This document shows positions 34,825 through 44,150 of a stretch of 44,150 nt of DNA, one piece after another (position 1 is the stretch's first letter; each line of letters begins with the position of its first letter). A program made the translations under genes and the position numbers. The notes under the pieces are model-generated. The model saw only the letters and a program-made list of their open reading frames with translations, was not told the DNA's origin and ran no database searches. The DNA is from Nemertoderma westbladi (taxonomy: Eukaryota; Animalia; Xenacoelomorpha). Where the stretch lies: positions 1 through 44,150 of the forward strand of contig JAUCBJ010001250.1 in assembly GCA_032718475.1 (NCBI GenBank). Direction: 5' to 3'.

Positions 34825-35369
34825 ATTGTATTTTCAACATATTTTTGTTTTCATTATAACAATTCTTAGATTTACGAGTAATTAACGACCAATTTACTTA
34901 ATACTGCGGGTAGTTATTCGCCTGGACCATTGGAAACTTAATGAACGATCACACAAGGTGCAGATTTAACTTGGGCTTTTTCTCTGTATTAAGTAGATGC
35001 CATTTTTATGAGATATATATTTGCTAAAAAGCACTGTTAATTAAATATTACTTAAATTATTAACGTAATGTTTAAATTAACAGTACATTTTTTAAAACTT
35101 TTTAGAAAGTATATATCTTGCCAACAAGAAGTTAAGAAGTTTAACTACTTACTTTATGACTTCTAGTCAATTGAGGGGTGCTGATTTCGAATCCGGTTGA
35201 TGATACCAGATTCCGAATCCGGTTGATGATACCAAGCGTAGAAGTTTATAATTTTTAAATTTGTTGTCTCGCGCAGTTACAAAAACACAACTTTAGAACC
35301 CCAATATAAGCAATTCATCAACCACCTTGTTATTATATATTTACAGGTTTGGAATCCACTCGACGTCGC

Positions 35370-36230
35370 CTTTTCCATCTCTTCCTCTTCAATTTACTTG
35401 TTTGTCAACTACCGTTGGAAATGGTGACCAAATTCAAACTGAGTTTGAACAAACTAACTAATTGAAAATAAATTTATGTCAACAAAACGTGTAGGAAACT
35501 GGGCGGTAAAGCAAAGCAGTTTCCTTCCATTCATATGCGATTACTGGTTGGCGGTAACAGTGAATCTCTGTTTTAGCAGTTGTAACATGGCCTGGTTGTA
35601 AACAAAAACGGCACTAACAGTTTTGTTCAAAAATCCGGTAGCACGAATTGTGTTAGCTAGTTAATACTACTGCTTCATTGAAACAAGTAAATCCAAGAAG
35701 GCTATGCCACTTATATGGAACAAAATAAACTATTCGATGAACAAATTGCGCTTCCAGATTTGTGGTAGTGAGTAGAACCCACTAAAATTTAGTATATGAT
35801 GTGCCGACACGCCGTCGTTAGGGAGTTGTTCACAATAATCACTAATGGTGGAAGCCAGGGGTCTATCTCCCTCAAACTGAGGGAGATAGACCCCTGGCTT
35901 CCACCATTTAGTGACTAAAACTAAGGACATTACCTCTTTCTGATAAAGCCCTTCTGGCGCATATTAAGAGCCCATCTTCAAGCAGTGAAGATATGGAATA
36001 GAGCTGACACTTTCCGCACACCTGAACCTCAGATGGATGGATCTTGGTTAGGTACTGACTGAAAATAGTACAGTGTTTCATTTTGTATCAATGAAAGCCT
36101 TCCACTGGGATCGGCTTTCGCACCAGCTGTACTCAATCATAGCATGTTCTTGAAGACATGTTTAAGAGCAAACTGTTCCTGCCAAAGTAATTATATTTCA
36201 TTTTCTTTGTTATTTTAGTGCATGACACAT
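35370..36230 (+). pseudogene. Probable Academ (XPG-type) transposase C-terminal remnant
   Basis: Degenerate, frameshifted motifs H-AITG(C)-SESLF (about 35530), LRTLPLSDKALLAHIK-AHLQA-IW (35921-36000) and Cys-rich IACS*KTC-NCSC (about 36140-36185). Confidence 0.55.
35844..35908. repeat. Perfect 31-bp inverted repeat with a 3-nt loop
   Basis: AATGGTGGAAGCCAGGGGTCTATCTCCCTCA, then AAC, then the exact reverse complement. Confidence 0.97.
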
Positions 36231-36761
36231 GGAGTTTACCAGAATCGAAATCCGCATACGAATAATGATGCCTTTGATATTTAAAGCAATCTCAGTGATT
36301 ATGATGATGTGGTCGACTAACACAACAACATTTCACCAAAAAAGGGAAACATCCAGAACTCAAAAGACAATTTAATTTCATACTTTAAAGCAAATAAAGT
36401 TTCTCATTAATATTAATTTTTACGCAATATTATTTGCTACTTTTCGAAAAAAAAAATATTAATTCAATTAAAATACTGAAAGTATGCCATAACTGAGACT
36501 TATGTTACTAACATAACATAAGTATGCCGAAGTCCTATCTTAATGTTTCGGTCACATCATATATTATTTCCAGTGGCGACCTAAACAAATTTACATTAAT
36601 TAATAATCGAAATGTAAAAAGAAAAGTAAAATTTACTGCATTCTAAAATGTGTATAATTAAGGTAAAAATTGAAAGATAATTGTTTTACAATTATAAACT
36701 GCAAAATAAGACGACGTCATATTATACTAGGTATGAAATATAATAAATTAAAAATTGCATT

Positions 36762-39700
36762 TTAGAAAGTCCAAAGTTTCCGACCCCCCGAACCTCGCCT
36801 CCGATGTCGGTTTAATGTTGGGGAGAGGTTCACCCGGGTGTAGAGGAGAACACCGATGTCGCGATGCCCCGCCTCCATGGCGATGGACAGGGCGGTCTGC
36901 CCATCGTGGTCGCATATAGTTGCGTCTACATTGGGCTGCGTCAGTAACAGTTTCACGACGTCTAGATGTCCGTGTTCGCTGGCACACATCAACGCGGTAG
37001 ATCCGTCCACATCCTGTAGATTCAACTCGGCGCCGCTCTGCACTAAAAGTCTCGCCGTATCCATCCGTCCGTGCGCCGCAGCCAGCATCAACGCGGTCTG
37101 GCTATCCCGCGACGCGCGCGCGTTTATATCGCTGGCGACGAACACCTCCCGGATGACGTCACGCTGCAGGTCGTCCGCGAGGGGCGCGAGAGCGGCGAGC
37201 ATCGCCGGCGTGTATCCCGCGCGGTTTGCCGCATTCACCGTCACGCACCCGGTGCACAACAGCTGGTTGACGATACCGTAGTTCCCGTGCGACAGACTGT
37301 AATGCAGCACGGTGTTCCCATTAGCGTCGGCTCGGTTCACTATAACCCGAATCACAGTCGCCGAGATCGACTCCAACGTCGCTATGAACGCCCCGACGTT
37401 GCTGCACAACGATAACTGCTGTCCAGCAAGACAGAACCACTCGTCGGTGACTTTGTTGACGTGGAAGGCTACCTCCTCCTCCGGGAGCTCGGCCCCTCGG
37501 TCGTAATGGTTCTTCAGCATCGTGCAGGAGAGCAGAAGCTCGGCGCTCGGTTCGTAAGGCGATGGGATTCCCGGACTACTTAACGATGCGTCGGAATCCA
37601 GACCAGATAGACCCCCACTCGGGACCAGACTCGAAATTTCCGCGTCGTCTGAGTTCGATCCGCTATCAGACTCAGAGTCGCTCAGCTCAGCGCTATGTAA
37701 TTGTACACCGGTACCTGTCTGCATGTCGCCATTACTTTCAGTTTCTAACTTTTCTTTAGGATTCCCGTTTTCATCCAATTGAAGGTCGGTTCTTATAACT
37801 ACGGACGTAGGCTTGACACACACGTCGCTAGGGGTTACAGGAGGGGAATAATACTCCCCAGCGGCGATCACGGTCTCCTGGGAGGTGCAGGAGGACACGG
37901 TAGCTGGCGACGAAGCCGCGCTGCACTCCTCGTCCGGCTGAACGAAACGAGACAGACTGAGTTTGCGACTCAAAGCGCGATCGTGCTGACAATCGTCGCA
38001 GACAACATCGGTGACCGAGGCCATCCCGACGGCGGCGGTACGGTAGTGTCTAGCGGGGCGGGAACACGGCTCACACAGCACGTCGTTCACGGCGCACTCA
38101 CCCACAGCCACAGACTTGAAGTAAATGTTCACGTTGCCGGTGTTGGTCATATCGGCGCCGAGCGCCACCAGTTGCGATGTCTGCGGGAGTTCCTGGTCCG
38201 GCCCGCTACGCTCATCCCGCGTGCAAACAACCGCGTTTACGCTCTTCTCGTACTTAATCTGCTTCGCTAGCATCCCTGCGTCGACCGTCTGGGCCATGGT
38301 CTCCCCTGAACCGACGCTCTTAGACAATGGCGTGGGCGTTTCCGTGGCAACGTCTCGCATCGGGGTCCGCCCTGTGCATGCGAAGTCCATCGTCTCGGCC
38401 ACCACAGACACGGCTGCATCGCGGTAAGTAATGCGACGAGTGTTAGTCGCGGTGCTACGCAGGTTGGCCACGGTTTGAACCTGTTTGTTGCAGGTGCTAC
38501 TGACATCGGCCGTGGTGCTGTGATCTCGAGTTAATCGGAAATCCGTGTTAGTAAACTCGTCCATAGTTTCACGAGGCATAACATCCGTAGAATTGTCCTG
38601 CACATCAACTTTACACGTAATTCCTACGCTCTTTAATTCCGTAGAAACAGTAGCTACATTACAATGTAACATCGTTGCAACAGCGCCGACTCCTACATCC
38701 CTAGTGCGAGGCTTTAGCGCAGTGTAAGTTGACTTATCAACGGTCGATAACATATCTGTATTAGAAGAGCGAGATATTCTTATTAAATTGTTACAGCCGT
38801 TTAATGTAGGTTGATGAAGGGAAACACTTTCTGGAATATCAGTAATCGTTCCTACAGAAACTGAGTTAATTACCGCGCGAGTTATTGGGTCTGTATTAAC
38901 ACCAATTGATACGAGTGAAGGCCAAATGAAAGTCGTATTAATTCCGACTGACTCATGTTTAATATCCGTTGCATGTTTACTACTAACTGTTATAGAACAC
39001 GGTGGGTATTGTTTATCTGTGTGATTAATGCCATTAACAGTTAAGTTACCGAGTTCACCTGAGTTCACCATAGAAGGATGTGACTCCACCGTAAAGTCCC
39101 GGATAAATTGTGGCACACGAACACCGTATTCACTGTTTGAGTCAGCACCGTCTGTAGAGGTAGAATAAGCAGAATCCACTGTTAGGGCGGTTGTGTCTGC
39201 CTCGCAGACTGTGGGCGAATAGGAGGCGGCCTTCCGTCTCATAGGAGATACCGGGGACAACAGGTCCCGGTGGGTGTCGTCTAGACTGAAGTCCCCAACC
39301 CCGACGTCTCTAGTCAGACTGAGGAAACGGACGTGTTGCCCAGGCAACGTCCGCTTCGGAGAGTCAGGGCTCATCATATTGTAAGACAAGGACTGAGTTC
39401 TGTACCTGTTTGTCTGATACATGTCCAGTGCCGATCCGCTGTGTGATCGCTTTATACTACTACCGTAGGACTTCAACCCCGTATCGCGTTCCACGTCAAA
39501 CTTGGAGATAAATTCGTTGCTGACACGAAAGTTTTTTAAACGCCTGTAAGCCTTTGTAAGAGTTGATGTGGTCTGGTCGTCGTCTTCCACCACTGCCTCT
39601 TTAGATCGTTCACATGAACTGCTTCTGGATTGCGCCTTCAACTGCAGCATCAGAAGACGTTTCTCTTCCTTTAACACGCTCACCTGTACTTGCAACAAAG

Positions 39701-40628
39701 GCACCGCCTTCACCTGCCCTTCTAGTTCGCGCAATCGCTTCAAACTCTTCGCCATGCTCTCCCTGATGCCAGCTAAGGAGGCCTGGGACACCTGGGTACA
39801 TGTGCTGGTCTCGGAGCATACCGAGGGAGATCGACTGCCGTTGATGTTGAGAGAGATGACATGTTTGGGGCCGAGTGTTGATGAGGAAGTGAACGAACGA
39901 GAAGCCGTGGATGAGTCCAGCGTTGCTGTAGGCGACCCCAAATCCGTGGACAGAGAGGACACGGACGAGATGTCCAAGGAAGACGTGCTATCGTTTACAC
40001 TCGTGTTGGACGAACCTACGCGGATTTTGTGATCAGAAGTCATTGTTGATGTCATTGGAAATAAGTTTGTTTTCTTTATGCGTCTCCCGCGTGATAGTAC
40101 CTGAGGAGGCTTCCATTCATCAACACCACTTAGTGGTAGGGAATGGAATTTACTGCTACGTGGATCGACATCCTTTGACCGCTTTGTGGGATTAGCTAAT
40201 GTCTCAGAGAGTCCAGTATTAGGCAGCGGTACAGGGCCTGGCTTCTTACTAGGCTTTCTTTTATAAAGCGATTCCAATTCCGTCAAAAATTCTTCTTCTT
40301 CGGAAGAAATTTCTAAGGTTAGATTTTGGGGCGGGAGAGGAATAACTGCGGGTACATCAGATATATTATGGGAAGGGACCTTTGCCGCTTGCGTGTTTGT
40401 CTCAGTGCCCTGCTCTAACGTAGTGACAACATTAGATATTGCCTGAGAGGTGAGTTTGTTGGCGAATACAGTTCGGGGTTTTCGTTTTGAATAGGTCTTC
40501 AACTTCTTTAGTTTCTCGAGAGATGCGGCTCCAGTGACGATACTTTCGCAGAATCTCATAAAGTCGAGGTCAATGTGAAACCCGTAGGGACAACATTCGC
40601 ATTTGGAATCGATGCTATTACTTTCCAT
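36762..40628 (-). CDS. KANK: KN motif and ankyrin repeat domain-containing protein (1288 aa, single coding exon)
   Basis: KN motif CCPYGFHIDLDFMRFCE; coiled coil IRESMAKSLKRLRELEGQVKAVPLLQVQVSVLKEEKR; C-terminal ankyrin repeats (DANGNTVLHYS, AGYTPAMLAAL, QTALMLAAAHG, DGSTALMCASEHG, DGQTALSIA). Confidence 0.97.
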   Translation of the reverse strand: MESNSIDSKCECCPYGFHIDLDFMRFCESIVTGAASLEKLKKLKTYSKRKPRTVFANKLTSQAISNVVTTLEQGTETNTQAAKVPSHNISDVPAVIPLPPQNLTLEISSEEEEFLTELESLYKRKPSKKPGPVPLPNTGLSETLANPTKRSKDVDPRSSKFHSLPLSGVDEWKPPQVLSRGRRIKKTNLFPMTSTMTSDHKIRVGSSNTSVNDSTSSLDISSVSSLSTDLGSPTATLDSSTASRSFTSSSTLGPKHVISLNINGSRSPSVCSETSTCTQVSQASLAGIRESMAKSLKRLRELEGQVKAVPLLQVQVSVLKEEKRLLMLQLKAQSRSSSCERSKEAVVEDDDQTTSTLTKAYRRLKNFRVSNEFISKFDVERDTGLKSYGSSIKRSHSGSALDMYQTNRYRTQSLSYNMMSPDSPKRTLPGQHVRFLSLTRDVGVGDFSLDDTHRDLLSPVSPMRRKAASYSPTVCEADTTALTVDSAYSTSTDGADSNSEYGVRVPQFIRDFTVESHPSMVNSGELGNLTVNGINHTDKQYPPCSITVSSKHATDIKHESVGINTTFIWPSLVSIGVNTDPITRAVINSVSVGTITDIPESVSLHQPTLNGCNNLIRISRSSNTDMLSTVDKSTYTALKPRTRDVGVGAVATMLHCNVATVSTELKSVGITCKVDVQDNSTDVMPRETMDEFTNTDFRLTRDHSTTADVSSTCNKQVQTVANLRSTATNTRRITYRDAAVSVVAETMDFACTGRTPMRDVATETPTPLSKSVGSGETMAQTVDAGMLAKQIKYEKSVNAVVCTRDERSGPDQELPQTSQLVALGADMTNTGNVNIYFKSVAVGECAVNDVLCEPCSRPARHYRTAAVGMASVTDVVCDDCQHDRALSRKLSLSRFVQPDEECSAASSPATVSSCTSQETVIAAGEYYSPPVTPSDVCVKPTSVVIRTDLQLDENGNPKEKLETESNGDMQTGTGVQLHSAELSDSESDSGSNSDDAEISSLVPSGGLSGLDSDASLSSPGIPSPYEPSAELLLSCTMLKNHYDRGAELPEEEVAFHVNKVTDEWFCLAGQQLSLCSNVGAFIATLESISATVIRVIVNRADANGNTVLHYSLSHGNYGIVNQLLCTGCVTVNAANRAGYTPAMLAALAPLADDLQRDVIREVFVASDINARASRDSQTALMLAAAHGRMDTARLLVQSGAELNLQDVDGSTALMCASEHGHLDVVKLLLTQPNVDATICDHDGQTALSIAMEAGHRDIGVLLYTRVNLSPTLNRHRRRGSGGRKLWTF

Positions 40629-42458
40629 AGTGTCAATATATATGTTTACTAATGTAATAAGTATTTATAATTGAATTTACGTAAGATGTTTATATATTCC
40701 ATTCAATAAAACAAATTATATAAATAAATATTAAAAAATATATAATTTTATCAAAGAGATCAATATAGCCTACCAGTAGTCTGCCAATAATAGGAAATTA
40801 AATATTCGCCAATATGAAGTATCCCAGAACTGTACAAGTAAACAATTTGTGTTTCTACAGTATATATATTTTTTCAGATGAAGTGCTTTTTATATCCTGT
40901 AACTATGTAAGGTGAAACCTGCACAGTTAGTATTTAGTATAATAATTCAATTTGTTTTGTTTTGGCTACATCCGAGTTTAAAATGAAAACGTGCCATATT
41001 CGTATTCCCTCCCATCTTTACAAGATTAACAGTACACAGTACACATACATATGCAGCAAAACCACAGATCCTGACTTAGGTCTACTTAAAATGGGCAAAT
41101 GTAATTCTGATAACATATATATAATAAATATATATATATTATCAGAATTACATCAATAATCATTATATTACATTATATATTATCAAAACATTAAATAAGA
41201 TTTAAAGTAAGCACATCGCCCGGTTGTCAAAATGATCAATAATATATCAATTTAGCGATAATCTGAAATAAGGTAAAGTGATACTCTACCGCGAGGCATA
41301 TTGTCAATATTAGGAAATAATAATATATTTTGAGACCTACTGTCGTGCAATACGGCTACTACTAAACCAGTAGAGAATTCCTCAACACCAGGACGTGTGA
41401 TATTTGAAACACATTTACAGCCGCAGTTTATTAGGATTGAACCACACTGGTGGTGCTAACTGACAGCAAGGAAGCCCCGGTAATTCTTGGAACATAATTT
41501 ACAAACTTTAATCCTTGAATGTTGTAAATTTATTGGGTCTGGAATATTTTTTACAATAAAACTAGTCTGACACACTTTACAGTTTCAATAGTAAAGACTG
41601 CTGCTACCTGCATACTTTGCACTAAGTAGACCTATAATGACATAATACTCTGAAATATAATAAATGTCTAACTTAATTCATATCATGTGATCAAATATCA
41701 AATGGACATCACATCAAATAAATAAACAAACAAACTAATTATTGCTCTGCATATAGAATTGACGACGTAACATTGGTAACACATTGGGCTACACTGTTCT
41801 TGAATTAATCATCAAGGTTACATAAATAAACTATAGAGAAACAAAAAAACAATACCGGTATATAAAAATTAATTTACCCTAATTTAATGGAGGGCTTACA
41901 GATTAGACTCAGACATAAATAGATAGATATACCAGACTGAAAGATAGATAGACATTCAATACAACAAACAAAAAAAACAAAATAGAAACATAACGTTCCT
42001 TTAACTCACTATTGTTATCTTTACTTTTTAATCTTAAATAATTTATTGCTAAAGTTGATAAACATAAAATCCGAACAATATAAAATATTGGCATAAAATA
42101 ATTTTACGGCCAATAAATCAAGTAATTAATCGTGTGTGAGACCTATTGTGGCGTAAGATATATGGCAAATCAAGAATACATAATTAATTTCGTATTTATA
42201 AAATCCAGAGTGTATTAAAAGAATAATAATTGTTACTGGATATCAGCGACTTATAGGCGTGAACTTTATATCTGTAAATAGTATGTCAAGTATAATACAA
42301 CAGATTAATAGTGTACCTTTGTTACCCTACAACGCATATCAATTAAAAATTCAATGAACAGCAAATAATAAATGCGATAACAATCACATACTCTTCCCTT
42401 TACTCAGCAGCTTTATTCTATAATAATGTTATGAAACCTGGAATGAAAACGTTATATA

Positions 42459-42678
42459 ATCTAAACAGCTCAACTCCAATTAATTTAATATAAAATATAA
42501 ACAGCTCAACTCCAATTAATTTAATATAAAATATAAACAGCTCAACTCCAATTAATTTAATATAAAATCTAAACAGCTCAACTCCAATTAATTTAATATA
42601 AAATATAAACAGCTCAACTCCAATTAATTTAATATAAAATCTAAACAGCTCAACTCCAATTAATTAATTAATAAAATC
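42459..42678. repeat. 36-bp minisatellite, about 6 copies
   Basis: AAACAGCTCAACTCCAATTAATTTAATATAAAATAT starting at 42463, 42499, 42535, 42571, 42607 and 42643. Confidence 0.95.
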
Positions 42679-44072
42679 CTAAAAATTTCAGACTAATAAT
42701 ATACGAAATCCGATGAATAGGTAATTTAATGTATTTTTTTATTATTATCTTCTTATTTAATTGTCGGAGAGAAAGATAAGTTTTAATCTAATGTGATGGC
42801 GCAAAATAAAAGAACTTAAAAAGCGTGGGACCGTAACAGTCAGTATAGCAAGTAATACTAATCTCGTTCTACAATAAAAGCTATCATATTGAATCCATAA
42901 ACTGGAAATATTCCAATCACAATAGATCCTAATTGTAAGGCGGTATGTACAAAGAAAAACAATATAGTCCATTGTAAAATAGTTACCCATTGATAACAAA
43001 TACTAGGAATCTACTTAATTGACAATGTCCTCATATCCTATTGGATAGCATTTAGGAATAGCAATTCAATTTGATATGAAGTGTTTGCCCTCAATATTAA
43101 ATAGCAATAAACTTTAGCGCCAAGAATGAAATACACTTTTTGTCTGCCACGGGGGGTCTAGTAGTGACAATAGATTCTCAGCGGGCAGCCAATCAATGTG
43201 CGGTGTGTTGGCCCCCATCACAATGTCATGACCTACGCGGCAGAGCTACAATACATAATAATTATAGGTCGGGAGGTTGCTATTGGTGATTACTAAAGAG
43301 CACGGCACCGTTGTAGCGGTTACATCACCTTATAACGGCCCGTTCAATAGTAAATGCGAATTGGTAATTCTTCGCGAAAAGGCCCTACTTAGATTTACAG
43401 CACTACACTTCTACGAACTAATTATACAATAGAATGAATACTTTCGATGGCCTATACCAAGCCATCCTCATCCCGTATTAATCCCGACAAAATGTATATA
43501 ATCGCTCGGAATGAATATACTTCAAAAAAATGAATACAAAAAAGCCAGGATTAATATATATATATAGTAAACGTAATGCATAAAGAAAACCACTCTAAAG
43601 TTTCGTTGAATAATAAATAATACCGGTATATAATGTTCGAATTGATAATGAGAATATGAATAGTAAGAAAGGTAACACGGATGTCAAATTAGAAGAACGG
43701 AAGAGAAAGCAGGTGATAATACAACGGGTAAACTGGGGCAGGTGCGGGGTTGATAATAATGTCGGTTGTCTGGGCTGGGCTGGGGATGGAACTGGGGCGA
43801 GGAATGAACCTTTGTGCGAGGTGGCACAGACCTCATAGGTGCCGGAAGTCACGCAAGACGTTCAAGGGGTTCGATCATATCAAAATCGAATTATCGTTGA
43901 GGTTGATTTGCATCACTTGACTTGGCATGGAAAACAAGCTTGGCTCCGACCAACTTCCATGCCGCCTTGCTTCATATTATCATGCTTCGCATTCGTATTG
44001 ATTCGTATTAATTCCTTAATACTATAATACCAAATTAATTAATGCATGGTTTCAGAGGGAGTGCGGGGGGGG

Positions 44073-44150
44073 GGGTTACCACTCACCTGGAAAACCTGGA
44101 ATAGTCAGGGAGTTTCAATTTTTTTTGAAATATCAGGGAATTCTAGTAAA
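44073..44150. mobile_element. Possible left end of a non-autonomous DNA transposon running off the window
   Basis: GGGTTACCACTCACCTGGAAAACCTGGAA..TCAGGGA subrepeats; the partner end is not visible. Confidence 0.3.

Noticed and set aside
36748-40032. Overlapping and antisense ORFs within KANK (likewise within the SODs and Gypsy)
   Set aside because: Shadow ORFs of GC-richer coding sequence with no recognisable motifs.
40962-44027. Short ORFs upstream of KANK
   Set aside because: Low complexity or lacking motifs; no supportable gene model.

Overview
AT-rich animal (probably invertebrate) genomic DNA, not prokaryotic. It holds three host genes, all on the minus strand with uninterrupted coding regions: two Cu/Zn superoxide dismutase paralogs (5656-6120 and 14212-14679), separated by a 5.5-kb 20-bp satellite, and a 1288-aa KANK gene (36762-40628). 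The rest is dense, nested mobile DNA: a 5'-truncated Penelope-like element ending in two putative minimal hammerhead ribozymes separated by a poly(A) tract; a mosaic of RTE-type LINEs; a Gypsy (Mag-like) LTR element with identical 173-bp LTRs inserted into the catalytic FADD codons of one LINE; a foldback-type Mutator element inserted into a shorter member of its own family and carrying SINE, LINE, hAT-like and MITE cargo; a probable Academ remnant with a perfect 31-bp hairpin; and several minisatellites. The most notable observations are the SOD paralog that keeps every metal ligand but has lost both disulfide cysteines and gained a His-rich electrostatic loop, and the ribozyme-poly(A)-ribozyme end of the Penelope-like element. 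All analysis was by eye; no searches or alignments were run.
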